Below are positions 46,323-56,224 of a stretch of DNA of 64,000 nucleotides, one piece after another. The notes beneath the pieces are model-generated. The model searched no databases, was not told the DNA's origin, and saw only the letters and a list, made by a program, of their open reading frames with translations. The stretch's first letter is position 1. Every line of letters begins with the position of its first letter. Source of the stretch: Akkermansiaceae bacterium (GTDB taxonomy: Bacteria > Verrucomicrobiota > Verrucomicrobiia > Verrucomicrobiales > Akkermansiaceae); NCBI GenBank assembly GCA_051251915.1, contig JBPOGF010000016.1, positions 1 to 64,000 on the forward strand, in the 5' to 3' direction. A program made the position numbers and the translations under genes.

Positions 46323-47390
46323 CTACAGCTCGATAGTTTTGCCTGTTTTATAGGACTCGTCAGCAGCTGCGACTATTTTCATTGAGTTGATGGCGTCTTC
46401 CATGTGGTCGGTGAGATCTTCGTTTTCGAGGATGGCTTTGAGGAAGAATTGTTGCTCACGTTTGCAGAGTTCATCGTGGTCTGGTTCGTCGCCAGTTTCG
46501 ACCCATTGGTCTTCTTTTACGAACTGGTTATTTTCATCGATTTCGGAGAAGTGTCTACGGAGTGAGTTGGTCTTGGTGTGAGCGTCGACGTTGTCTGATT
46601 GGCCTTCATCGGCTGCGTCTTTAGCTTCGATGGTGACACAGCCGTTGGGGCCTACTACGTCTTTGACGAAGAATGCGGTTTCGGACATCATTGGGCCCCA
46701 GCCGGCTTCATACCAGCCTACTGAGCCGTCTTCGAAGGTGACTTGGAGATGGCCGTAGTTGATTTTTCCTTCTGGGATTTGGTTAGATAGTCTGGCGCCG
46801 AGGCCTGATACACGGATGGGTTTAGAGCGGGTCATTTGGCACATGACGTCTACGTAGTGGACGCCGCAGTCGACGATTGGGGAGATGGATGACATGAGGT
46901 TCATGTGGGTGTTCCACATGTCGCCTGATGACTGTTGGTTGAGATTCATACGCATGACGAGGGGTTTGCCTAGGTCATGTGACATTTCGATGAACTTCTG
47001 CCATGATGGGTGATGGCGGAGGATGTAGCCGATGACGAGTTTCTTGCCGCTGGTTTTAGCTGCTTCGACGATTTCCTCTGCTTCTGCGACTGTTTCAGCG
47101 AGTGGTTTCTCGATGAAGACGTCACAGCCGGCTGCGAATGCGGCTTTGGCAAATGCGGCGTGTGTGTCTGGGTAGGTGGAGATGGAGACGGCGTCTGGCT
47201 TAGTTTGTTCTAATGCCTCGTAGAAGTCACTGAAGAGGTCGTATCCGCCACCGAGTTCTTCGTTGAGTTTTTCACGAGATGCGGCTGAGCGAGTGACGAT
47301 GCCGGCGATGTTGAATTCTGGGATGTTGTGATAGGCGAGGGCGTGTGAACGACCCATGTTTCCGGCTCCTACGCAGAGTATTGTTGGCAT
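46323..47390 (-). CDS. Gfo/Idh/MocA family NAD(P)-dependent oxidoreductase
   Basis: VGAGNMGRSH, VFIEKPLA, DCGVHYVD. Confidence 0.92.
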   Translation of the reverse strand: MPTILCVGAGNMGRSHALAYHNIPEFNIAGIVTRSAASREKLNEELGGGYDLFSDFYEALEQTKPDAVSISTYPDTHAAFAKAAFAAGCDVFIEKPLAETVAEAEEIVEAAKTSGKKLVIGYILRHHPSWQKFIEMSHDLGKPLVMRMNLNQQSSGDMWNTHMNLMSSISPIVDCGVHYVDVMCQMTRSKPIRVSGLGARLSNQIPEGKINYGHLQVTFEDGSVGWYEAGWGPMMSETAFFVKDVVGPNGCVTIEAKDAADEGQSDNVDAHTKTNSLRRHFSEIDENNQFVKEDQWVETGDEPDHDELCKREQQFFLKAILENEDLTDHMEDAINSMKIVAAADESYKTGKTIEL

Positions 47391-47397
47391 AATAGTG

Positions 47398-47425
47398 ATT
47401 TGAAATTTATGATTTGATATTTGAA
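47398..47425. repeat. 7-nt tandem repeat
   Basis: atttgaa atttatg atttgat atttgaa. Confidence 0.5.
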
Positions 47426-47432
47426 AGGATGA

Positions 47433-48833
47433 TTATTCTTCGTCTGTGTCTACTTTGTCCCAGAAGAAGACGGCGAAGATGATGAAGATGGCAGCGGCGA
47501 GGATCATTGGGAAATACCAGTAGTCTTGCCATTGGGTCATGCTTGTGGAGACGAGTTCTGGGTCTACTCCTTCTGGGTAGCCTTTGCCGAACATTCCGCC
47601 GAGTTGCTCTAGGGTGCTTTTGTCAGGTGCTCCGACGTTGGCGTCTTTGATGGCGTTGACTAGGTCACCTGATGGGGCGTTGCCGTAGACTGTTTCTCCT
47701 TGTGTGATAGTGTTAGGTAGCTTGGCGTCTACGAATGGGAAATTTCCACCGAATGCGAAACGGAAGCCGAAGAACATGCCGAGTCCTTGGGTGAGGAATA
47801 CGAGTAGAGCTTGAGCTTGGCCGCGGATGGCTTTTGGTGCTTTTTTGTCGGTGTAGATGAAGCCTGTGACGAAGAAGAAGTCATAACAGATACCGTGTAG
47901 TGCGACACCGGCTAGGAGCATCCATGCAACCTGATCTGGTGCGCCGAATGCGAAGAGTGCGTAGCGAGCGACCCAGCATGCCATGCCGATGAGAAGCATA
48001 ATTTTGACACCTAGTTTACGGAAGAAGAAGGGGATGAGGATCATGAAGATGATCTCTGACATCTGGCCGATGCTCATGAAGGATGCTGGCTCAGTGTAGC
48101 CTGCCGCTCCGAGGAAGGTGGCAGTCTGAGCATAGTAGTATGCGAGTGGGATGCAGATGAGCATGGAGCAGATAGCGAATACTGCGAATGATGGGATCTT
48201 GAATAGCTTGAAGGCATCTAACATCAGGAGTGATCTGAGGTTGAGTGGCTGGCCTTTTGCTGGTGCTGGGGTGCTGGGTAGGGTGAAGGAGAAGATACCT
48301 AGTGCGAGTGATGCGGCTGCGGCTACCCAGAAAATTTGCAGTGAGTTAGATAGCTGTGCGAAGCCGAGGAATAGTCCGGCTACGATCCAACCGATGGTGC
48401 CCCAGACACGTGCTTTTGGGAATTGTTCTTGGGGTAGGTGGGTGAATGTGATGGTGTTTGCAAGTCCTAGAGTAGGCATGTAGCAGCACATGTAGGCGAT
48501 CATTAGGATGACGATGGTAGGGCCAGCTGATGCTCCTTGAGGTGCGATGTAGGCGATGTATGCCATGAGACCGCTACCGATGACCATGAGGGCACCCATG
48601 ACTTTTTCTGAGGGGAAGAAGCGGTCAGCTACTAGTCCCAGGAAGAGGGGGGCGAAGATGGCCGCTATGGGGGCACTTTCGTAAGCACCACCAATGATAG
48701 CTCCTAGGTCATTTGTTCCAAGCGAGAGGGCGAGGTTTACGAACCATGATCCCCAGGCGAAGAACTGTAAGAACATCATTATGGAGAGTTTGGTGAGGAT
48801 GCTTTTGTCCGATAGTGTGGTGTCAGCGGTCAT
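47433..48833 (-). CDS. MFS transporter, nucleoside:H+ symporter-like family
   Basis: MMFLQFF.WGSW, RVWGTIGWI, GQMSEI, LHGICYDFFFV. Confidence 0.9.
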   Translation of the reverse strand: MTADTTLSDKSILTKLSIMMFLQFFAWGSWFVNLALSLGTNDLGAIIGGAYESAPIAAIFAPLFLGLVADRFFPSEKVMGALMVIGSGLMAYIAYIAPQGASAGPTIVILMIAYMCCYMPTLGLANTITFTHLPQEQFPKARVWGTIGWIVAGLFLGFAQLSNSLQIFWVAAAASLALGIFSFTLPSTPAPAKGQPLNLRSLLMLDAFKLFKIPSFAVFAICSMLICIPLAYYYAQTATFLGAAGYTEPASFMSIGQMSEIIFMILIPFFFRKLGVKIMLLIGMACWVARYALFAFGAPDQVAWMLLAGVALHGICYDFFFVTGFIYTDKKAPKAIRGQAQALLVFLTQGLGMFFGFRFAFGGNFPFVDAKLPNTITQGETVYGNAPSGDLVNAIKDANVGAPDKSTLEQLGGMFGKGYPEGVDPELVSTSMTQWQDYWYFPMILAAAIFIIFAVFFWDKVDTDEE

Positions 48834-48864
48834 GATTTTGTAGGTGTGTTAGGTGCTTAGAAAC

Positions 48865-50133
48865 CTAGTTGTGTTCTTTGATGTAGATGTTTTTGAACTC
48901 GAGTGCTGAGCCATGGTGCTGGAGGGCGATGGCTCCTTCCGCTGGGACTCCTGGGAGCTGTGCGTCGATGATGACTTTTTTGCCGTTGAGGGTTACGTTG
49001 AGGATGTCTCCAATGAGGGAAATCTCCATGCGGTTCCATGCGCCGATGGGGTGATCTGCACGGACTCTAGGGACGAGTGCGGCGCGGATTTCTTGGCTAT
49101 GTTTCTTGTTCATACGGTAGCCGTAGACTTCACCTGAGCCACATGGCCAGTTCCAGAGGTTTACTTGTGAGCGGTTGTTGCCACGGAAGTAGATGCCGCT
49201 GTCGAGTTCGATGACCTCTTGTTTGATGTCATTTCCTGCTGCATCTTTCTTGGCTTCTCCTGTTTTAGGATCTAATACAGGACGCATGAGTTTTTGAGCT
49301 GATGTTTCTGCCCAGCGCCAATCTAGCACGATGGTGGTGTCTTTGTATTTTTTGGCTGTCCAGAGGTTCTTGTCTTCTGCTGTGGACTTGCTGTCGTAGT
49401 ATAAAACCTTACCTCTGGGTTGCCAGTGACCGACGTGACCGGGGTCATCGCTCCAGCCGGTGAGGTCTTTTTCGTTGTAGAGCTGGTTGAAGCCGGTGAG
49501 GTCAACCTCTGGGAGGGTGGTGTCTGTGATGGTGATGTTTCTGAATGCTACTGGGTCACCGTGGCCGCAGAATCCGATGTGTCCTGAACGGCGTTTGATG
49601 CCTTCGTGTTTCGGGTTTTTGGCGGATAGGTCATCGAGGTTGGCTTCATTGATGATGACGCCGTTGAGTTCGACGATGATGTGGTTGCCGTTGACGGTGA
49701 TGGTTTCTTTGTTCCATTCGCCGAGGGGCTTAAGGTGTCCGTGTTTTGCTTCTTTGAGGGTGTAGATGCCGCCGTGGAACTGGTATGGTTTGAGGTCTTT
49801 GTATTTGGGGGCGGTGTCATCTAGGACTTGGATCTCCATGGCTTTGTATGCTGGATCTCCAGTTCCTGGGTAGTGGATGGCGATGCCGTTGTTGCCACCA
49901 GGGGGTAGTTTGAACTCGAAGCTGAAGACGTAGTTGGAGTAGGTTTTCTCGGTGATGAGATTTTTACCCTTAGGTGTGCAAACGATGGTGCCGTCTTTGA
50001 CTTCGTATCCTTCACCCATCCAGCCGGTGAGGTCTTCGCCATTGAATAATTTAACTTGCTCGCCAGCAGAGCAGATTCCAGTAGAGATAGTTCCAGCGAC
50101 GAACGCCAGAGAAAGAACTTTAAGTGATTTCAT
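48865..50133 (-). CDS. Exported protein with two DUF1080 (3-keto-disaccharide hydrolase-like) domains
   Basis: LFNGEDLTGW..NNG..EIQVLD..GEWN..G.IG..GH and LYNEKDLTGW..DSGI..WN..IALQHHG. Confidence 0.88.
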   Translation of the reverse strand: MKSLKVLSLAFVAGTISTGICSAGEQVKLFNGEDLTGWMGEGYEVKDGTIVCTPKGKNLITEKTYSNYVFSFEFKLPPGGNNGIAIHYPGTGDPAYKAMEIQVLDDTAPKYKDLKPYQFHGGIYTLKEAKHGHLKPLGEWNKETITVNGNHIIVELNGVIINEANLDDLSAKNPKHEGIKRRSGHIGFCGHGDPVAFRNITITDTTLPEVDLTGFNQLYNEKDLTGWSDDPGHVGHWQPRGKVLYYDSKSTAEDKNLWTAKKYKDTTIVLDWRWAETSAQKLMRPVLDPKTGEAKKDAAGNDIKQEVIELDSGIYFRGNNRSQVNLWNWPCGSGEVYGYRMNKKHSQEIRAALVPRVRADHPIGAWNRMEISLIGDILNVTLNGKKVIIDAQLPGVPAEGAIALQHHGSALEFKNIYIKEHN

Positions 50134-50400
50134 GATGATGTTACGGAAATCTATGTGGGTTCTTTCAGTAGATCAATCATTTAAATTTTAGTGTGAGGAG
50201 GTGATGGAATGGGGTTGTGAGGTGATAGGGTGTTATTTTTTAGTGTTTGGTTATGATGGTGTTATGTTGTTTTTAGGTTTGTGTGGGTTTCCCCAAACGT
50301 GTTTGATGAAAGGTTAAATTTGTATGTAATGTGCAGATCCATTACTTAGAGCTAATCATAGAGCACTGAACAGTATATGGTTTCCTTGGCGGGTGTTTGC

Positions 50401-50682
50401 TTATTCTGCTAGTGTGAAGAGGTTGCAAGATTTGCAGTGGTGGGCTGGGTATTTGCAGCCTAGGCCGGATTTGGTTTTGCCGATGAGGTTGCCTCCGGAT
50501 ATGGCTTTTTTGAGGCGGGACTGGGTGTCTCCGAGCCAGGTGACGTTGGAGTTGGATCTGATGAATCCGGGTTCCATTTCTTGGTTGCAGCTTGGACAGG
50601 GTTTGATGCCTTCGGGGGATTCTAAAGGTGGGGCGTAGATTTTGTGGGGATCGTTGGTGGCAAATGGGTTGGGTTCTGACAT
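50401..50682 (-). CDS. Small zinc-ribbon protein (PF20097-like)
   Basis: CPSC..EMEPGFI...W ... AHHCKSC. Confidence 0.7.
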   Translation of the reverse strand: MSEPNPFATNDPHKIYAPPLESPEGIKPCPSCNQEMEPGFIRSNSNVTWLGDTQSRLKKAISGGNLIGKTKSGLGCKYPAHHCKSCNLFTLAE

Positions 50683-50687
50683 GGGGA

Positions 50688-51494
50688 TTATGTGACCGTA
50701 AGGTTGATCATGGTGGTGTCGTCTGTGCCGTCGTTTTCTAGGGCGCGGGTTAGGATGGATTGGTGGACGGTGGCTGGATCTGGGCCTTGTTTGAGGAAGG
50801 CGGAGTGGATGTTTTTTTCCCAGACTCCGTCGGTGATGCCGTCTGAACAGAGCATGAATTGGTCACCGGGTTGGTAGGGGATGGCGGCGATCTGGGGTTT
50901 GACGTTGCGGTTGCCGGCGCCGACGACTTGGTAGAGGACGGATCTGCGTGGGTGGGAGCGGTATTGGATTTCTGAGAGTTCTTTACGCTGGAGTTTTTTC
51001 CAGACGAGGGCGTGGTCTAGGGAGAGCTGGGTGGTTAGGCCGTCTCGGTGGAGGTAGAGTCTGGAGTCGCCGATGTGGGCGAGGTAGAGGTTCTCTGGGG
51101 TGAACCAGGCGAGGGTGAGGGTGGCTCCCATGCCGGTGTGGGCTTCGTTTTTGTCACCCGCGGCGTTGATCTCGGCGTGGATTTTTTCGACGGCGAGTTC
51201 TAGTTGTTCAAGGTAGTCTGGGTGGAAGCCTTGGGCGGCGGCTTTGAAGGTTTGGGGTATTATTTGGCTGATGTTTTGGAGGATGAGGCTGGATGCGAGA
51301 TAGCCTGCGTTTCCTCCGCCCATGCCGTCTGAGACGGCGAAGATGATGTCTTTTTCAGCGTTGCTGATGGTGCCTTCTGAAGGTAAGTTTTCTGAGCCGG
51401 TCATGCCGGCTGAGAAGACTGCCCAAGAGTCGTCGTTCTCGGGTTTCTTAGTGCCGGAGGTGGATGATGCGTGCCATTGGAAGTTTGCTGCCAT
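50688..51494 (-). CDS. PP2C/PPM family protein phosphatase
   Basis: NDD, AVSDGMGG, MGATLT, HIGDSRLY, LCSDG, DDTT. Confidence 0.93.
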   Translation of the reverse strand: MAANFQWHASSTSGTKKPENDDSWAVFSAGMTGSENLPSEGTISNAEKDIIFAVSDGMGGGNAGYLASSLILQNISQIIPQTFKAAAQGFHPDYLEQLELAVEKIHAEINAAGDKNEAHTGMGATLTLAWFTPENLYLAHIGDSRLYLHRDGLTTQLSLDHALVWKKLQRKELSEIQYRSHPRRSVLYQVVGAGNRNVKPQIAAIPYQPGDQFMLCSDGITDGVWEKNIHSAFLKQGPDPATVHQSILTRALENDGTDDTTMINLTVT

Positions 51495-51517
51495 TTATTA
51501 ACTATTAAACATTAATA

Positions 51518-51916
51518 TTATTCAGGAGCTTTTACGAAGTCCTCGATGACGGTGGCTAGTTCGAAGTCGATGATGTTGAACTCTCCCATGACTTCATTGT
51601 AGGTGATGTTTCGGGGTTCTGGGTCATCGTGGATGACGCCGTAGTCTGCTTCGAGTTTGGCGTAGAGTTTATTAGATTTTTTCTTGGTAAGTCTTGGTGC
51701 TGGGCTTCCGCAGTTGGTGGTGACGATGTAGTTTTCTTCTGGTGTGAAGCTGAGTAGGCGTGGGACATTAGGGCAACCTCGTTCTTCTAATACTTGGAGA
51801 ACGTGGGCTTCGTTTGCTGCGCGCTTGTCCGAATCGGTGCCTCGGAAGTATTTGTGTACGTGTCCGTTGAAGTCGATTTTTACTAGTGACCTGAGTCCGT
51901 CTTTGAGATTTCGCAT
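51518..51916 (-). CDS. Minimal protein-kinase-like enzyme (132 aa)
   Basis: VHK, NE..VL, VPRLL, HDDPEPRNI, IIDFE. Confidence 0.8.
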   Translation of the reverse strand: MRNLKDGLRSLVKIDFNGHVHKYFRGTDSDKRAANEAHVLQVLEERGCPNVPRLLSFTPEENYIVTTNCGSPAPRLTKKKSNKLYAKLEADYGVIHDDPEPRNITYNEVMGEFNIIDFELATVIEDFVKAPE

Positions 51917-51959
51917 AGAGGTATATAGATCATAATGACGGGGTTTGGCACGTATAAAA

Positions 51960-51987
51960 GTTATTTGTTATTAGTTATTTGTTATTG
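51960..51987. repeat. 7-nt tandem repeat GTTATTn x4
   Basis: gttattt gttatta gttattt gttattg. Confidence 0.7.
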
Positions 51988-52016
51988 GGGATTTTTCTTT
52001 TATTGGGATTCTAGGT

Positions 52017-53483
52017 GTGGCTAACTGTGGCATGATGAAATACAGCTTCCTAAAACTAACTTCCTTGTTCGTCGCCTCAGCGGCTTCTGTGTTTGCTGAT
52101 GAGGTAGCTCCGAAAACTAAGCCGAATGTGATTGTGATTTTTGCGGATGATCTGGGGTATGGTGATGTGGGGTGCTTTGGTGCTATTAAGGTTCAGACTC
52201 CGAATATTGATAAGTTGGCAGCTGAGGGGAAGCGGTTTACTGATGCGCATGCTGCGGCTACGGTTTGTTCTCCGTCGCGTTATGGGTTGTTGACGGGGCG
52301 TTCTCCGTGGAGGTTGAATAAGCAAGGGAATGGATATAGGTTAGAGGATGAACGCATGACGCTTGCGGAGCTTTTTAAGTCTGAGGGGTATGTTTCTGCG
52401 GCTATCGGGAAATGGCATCTAGGGTATGGTAAGGACTGGAATAATCCGCCGATTAAGGGGCCGTTGAATCATGGGTTTGATTATCATTTTGGGGTGCCGC
52501 AGAATCATAATGATGGGACGCGTTGTTATATGGAGAATGATGATATTTATGGGCGGAAAGAGGGCGAGGATTTTAAGATGGTGAAGGGGAAGGCTTTTCC
52601 TGAAGGGATAGCTGAGTTTAGGGTGGATGATCAGGTGGATACGATGCTGACTTCGAAGGCGGTTGAATTTATTAAACGTAGTGCTGAGCGCCCGTTTTTC
52701 TTGTATTTTAATCCGGTGGCTACGCACACGCATATTACTCCTGCTGCGCAGTTTAGGGGGACGAGTCAGGCTGGGTTGTTAGGTGATTATGTGCATGAGT
52801 TGGATTTTCATGTTGGGGAGATTATGGGGGCTCTGGATGAGTTGAAGATAGCTGATAAGACGTTGGTGATTTTCACTAGTGATAATGGTGGAACTTATAA
52901 GGATTTTAGGGGGACTGATGGGGTGGTGCTGAATTTGGCGAGTGAGGAGGGTGGTGTGTTAGAGGGATTTAAGACAGCTAAGGCAGATGCTCTGAAGTTG
53001 GGGCATTTGTGCAATGGGGTGTATCGTGGTAGGAAGGGTTATCCTGAGGAGGGCGGGCATAGGGTGGCGTTTATAGCGCGCTGGCCAGGGAAGATTCCTG
53101 CTGGGACGACTTCTGATTATACGTTTATGCATACGGATATGATGTCTACTGTTGCTGAGATGCTTGGGGTGAAGTTGCCTGATGATGCGGGGGAGGATTC
53201 TGTTAGTATTTTACCGAGGCTGTTAGAGAAGCAAGATGCACCACGGATGGAGCGGACGATCTATGTGCAGGGGGATACTAAGAATGATGCGATTGCTATC
53301 TGCACGGGGCGTTGGAAAATGATCTCGGGGAAGGGTGATGATAAGGTGCCTGCAGTTCAGCTGTATGATCTGCATGCTGATCCGGCTGAGACTAAGAATC
53401 TGGCTAAGGAGAATCCTGAGTTAGTTGAGCAGATGTTAGATGGATTGAATAAAGCGAGGGTGGCTGGGCGGACTCGGTTGTAG
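52017..53483 (+). CDS. Exported S1 family sulfatase
   Basis: PNVIVIFADDLG, CSPSR, GKWHLG, TSDNG, EGGHRV; start probably 52032-52035. Confidence 0.93.
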   Translation: MANCGMMKYSFLKLTSLFVASAASVFADEVAPKTKPNVIVIFADDLGYGDVGCFGAIKVQTPNIDKLAAEGKRFTDAHAAATVCSPSRYGLLTGRSPWRLNKQGNGYRLEDERMTLAELFKSEGYVSAAIGKWHLGYGKDWNNPPIKGPLNHGFDYHFGVPQNHNDGTRCYMENDDIYGRKEGEDFKMVKGKAFPEGIAEFRVDDQVDTMLTSKAVEFIKRSAERPFFLYFNPVATHTHITPAAQFRGTSQAGLLGDYVHELDFHVGEIMGALDELKIADKTLVIFTSDNGGTYKDFRGTDGVVLNLASEEGGVLEGFKTAKADALKLGHLCNGVYRGRKGYPEEGGHRVAFIARWPGKIPAGTTSDYTFMHTDMMSTVAEMLGVKLPDDAGEDSVSILPRLLEKQDAPRMERTIYVQGDTKNDAIAICTGRWKMISGKGDDKVPAVQLYDLHADPAETKNLAKENPELVEQMLDGLNKARVAGRTRL

Positions 53484-53573
53484 GTTTGAATGCATGCCAA
53501 GAGGACTAGTCTTTGGGTGAAAATTTCACATCTTGTGGCTTTTCATCCGAGAGGGTTTGGTTATGTATAGGGT

Positions 53574-56030
53574 ATGCAGATTGAAAAGTCAGATTACGAG
53601 AAATTAGGACAGTTTTATCTAGGACGCGAGTATGATCTCCGGAAGTCTGAGATCCAGGATGAACTGGTGATGTATGACTCTAAGGATCTGGTGACACATG
53701 GTGTGGTGCTGGGGATGACTGGGTCTGGAAAGACGGGTCTGTGTATTGGTCTGCTGGAGGAGGCGGTGATGGATAATATCCCTGCTATTGTGATTGATCC
53801 GAAGGGTGATATTGCGAATATGATGTTGGCGTTTCCTGATTTTAAGGCGGGAGATTTTAGGCCGTGGATTAATGAGGATGATGCGCGCAAGAAGGGGAGA
53901 ACTCCGGATGAGCATGCGGAGAAGACGGCTAGGATGTGGGAGGATGGGATAGGCCAGTGGGGGCAGAGTGCGGATAGGGTGAGAGAATTTAGAGATAAGG
54001 TGGATGTGAATGTGTTTACTCCTGGGAGTAAGGCAGGGATTCCTGTTAGTATTTTGGGGTCGCTGGATGTGCCGCCATTTGAGGTTTTGGATGATGGTGA
54101 GATGTTAGGGGAGCGGATTGAGAGCACGGTGAGTTCTTTGTTGTCGCTGGTGGGTGTGGATGCTGATCCGATTCAGAGTCCTGAGGCTGTGTTGCTGAGT
54201 TCTATTTTCCAGCATGCTTGGATGGGGGATGAGAGTTTGAGTATTGAGGCGCTGATTCGTAATATTCAGAAGCCGAAGTTTAGCAAGGTGGGGATCATTG
54301 ATTTAGAGAGTTTTTATCCTGGGAAGAAGCGTCAGGAGTTGGCGTTAAAATTTAACAATTTGTTAGCGAGTCCGGGATTTTCTACTTGGATGGAGGGGCC
54401 GTCGCTGGATATTCAGAAGATGTTGTATCATGAGGATGGTAGAGCGAGGGTTTCCATTTTCTCAATCTCGCATTTGAATGATAGTGAGAGGATGTTCTTT
54501 GTGAGCATTTTGCTGAATCAAATGTTAGGCTGGATGCGGACGCAGAGTGGAACGACGAGTTTGCGTGCAATGCTTTATATGGATGAGATTTATGGATTTC
54601 TACCGCCTACGGCGAACCCACCTAGTAAGAAGCCGATGTTGACGATGCTGAAGCAGGGACGGGCGTTTGGTCTTGGGGTGTTGTTGGCGACGCAGAATCC
54701 GGTGGATCTGGATTACAAGGCGCTATCCAACATTGGGACATGGTGGCTGGGGAGGCTGCAGACTGAGCGTGATAAGGCGCGTGTGCTGGATGGTCTGGAG
54801 GGGGCTGCGGCGAGTCAAGAAGGTGGATTTGATAGGGGGGCGATGGAGGAGCTGTTGGCAGGTCTGGGGAGTAGGGTTTTCTTGATGAATAATGTGCATG
54901 AGTCTGCGCCAGTGGTGTTTCATGTGAGGTGGGTGATGAGTTATTTACGTGGGCCGATGACGCGAAGGCAGATCAAGACCTTGATGGATCCGAAGCGTGA
55001 TGCATTTGAGGTAGGTGGGAGTGTGGTGGCTGAGACTGGTGGGGGAGGGAAGTCTAACCCGATGGGGATGCCATCTGCTGGGCGTGAGGCTGAGAAAAAA
55101 GTGAGTGAAAGGCCTGCGGTGGGGACTGGGGTGAGGGAGAGTTTTTTACCTTTCTCCGGTGATGAGGATGGGGTGACTTATAAGCCGCATTTGTTACGTG
55201 AGGCGAAGGTTCATTTCAGCTCGACGAAGACTGGGGTGGAAGGTTCAAGGAGGGTGAGGTTTATCAATGCGATGAGTGCTGCGGGGGTGAACTGGAAGGA
55301 GAATGTGGTGTGTCATTTGGTGCTGGATAAGTTTGAACATGAGCCTCGGAAAGGTGCGGGTTACGATGAGTTGCCTGCATTTGCGATGAATAAAGATAAT
55401 TATAAGGGGGTGGAAGATGACTTTGAAGACTGGATTTATAGGAATGAGCGGGTGGATGTTTTTTATGCTCCGTTGGTGAAAGAGTATTCTAAAATGGGGG
55501 AGAGTGAGGGTGACTTTAGAGGGAGATTATCACATGAAGCGCGGGAGATGCGCGATGAGGCTGTGGAGGCACTGCGTGAGAAGTTGACTAAGAAAATAGA
55601 TACTAAGGAAGGGCAGTTAGACCGTGCATTGTCTACTCTGGATAGGGAGGAGTCTGAGGCGGCGAATGCGAAGATGCAGGCTACTGGGAGTGTGGTGGGT
55701 GCTGTGATAGGGATGATTTTCGGTAAGCGTAAGATGAGTGCTTCGACGATTAGTAAGGGGAGGACGGCTGCAAATTCTTATGGTCGGTCCCGTAAGCAGA
55801 GTCAGGATGTGCGCCGAGCAGAGGCTAAGGTGGATGGTATACGCGATGAGATAGAGGATTTAGAGGCTGATATGCGTGAGGATCTGGATGAGCTGGCTAA
55901 TCGATTTGATCCTATGTCACTGGAGTTAGAGACGGTGCAGGTGAAGCCTTATAAGAAGGATATTGATGTGCAGAGTGTTTCGCTGCTGTGGGTGCCATTT
56001 GATGAGCGGGATAATGTTCTGTTAGATTAG
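53574..56030 (+). CDS. HerA/FtsK-superfamily ATPase (DUF87/DUF853-like) with C-terminal coiled coil
   Basis: GMTGSGKT, IVIDPKGD, LYMDE, LKQGRAFG, LATQNPVDLD. Confidence 0.85.
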   Translation: MQIEKSDYEKLGQFYLGREYDLRKSEIQDELVMYDSKDLVTHGVVLGMTGSGKTGLCIGLLEEAVMDNIPAIVIDPKGDIANMMLAFPDFKAGDFRPWINEDDARKKGRTPDEHAEKTARMWEDGIGQWGQSADRVREFRDKVDVNVFTPGSKAGIPVSILGSLDVPPFEVLDDGEMLGERIESTVSSLLSLVGVDADPIQSPEAVLLSSIFQHAWMGDESLSIEALIRNIQKPKFSKVGIIDLESFYPGKKRQELALKFNNLLASPGFSTWMEGPSLDIQKMLYHEDGRARVSIFSISHLNDSERMFFVSILLNQMLGWMRTQSGTTSLRAMLYMDEIYGFLPPTANPPSKKPMLTMLKQGRAFGLGVLLATQNPVDLDYKALSNIGTWWLGRLQTERDKARVLDGLEGAAASQEGGFDRGAMEELLAGLGSRVFLMNNVHESAPVVFHVRWVMSYLRGPMTRRQIKTLMDPKRDAFEVGGSVVAETGGGGKSNPMGMPSAGREAEKKVSERPAVGTGVRESFLPFSGDEDGVTYKPHLLREAKVHFSSTKTGVEGSRRVRFINAMSAAGVNWKENVVCHLVLDKFEHEPRKGAGYDELPAFAMNKDNYKGVEDDFEDWIYRNERVDVFYAPLVKEYSKMGESEGDFRGRLSHEAREMRDEAVEALREKLTKKIDTKEGQLDRALSTLDREESEAANAKMQATGSVVGAVIGMIFGKRKMSASTISKGRTAANSYGRSRKQSQDVRRAEAKVDGIRDEIEDLEADMREDLDELANRFDPMSLELETVQVKPYKKDIDVQSVSLLWVPFDERDNVLLD

Positions 56031-56036
56031 GGAGAT

Positions 56037-56219
56037 ATGTTAGAGAATCTGACAGATATTCAGTGTCCTAGTTGCTTTGAGTGGTTTTCGTTCACTTTGC
56101 AACAAGATGATTTGGTAGTAGGGTCCGTGGAAATGGATTATGACTGCGAGGTCTGTTGCAGGCCTATGCGGGTGATCGTTTCTGCTAATGAAGCTTATGC
56201 CATCGGGATGGATGACTGA
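56037..56219 (+). CDS. CPXCG-type small cysteine-rich protein
   Basis: CPSC.E ... DCEVCCRP. Confidence 0.8.
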   Translation: MLENLTDIQCPSCFEWFSFTLQQDDLVVGSVEMDYDCEVCCRPMRVIVSANEAYAIGMDD

Positions 56220-56224
56220 GGGCA

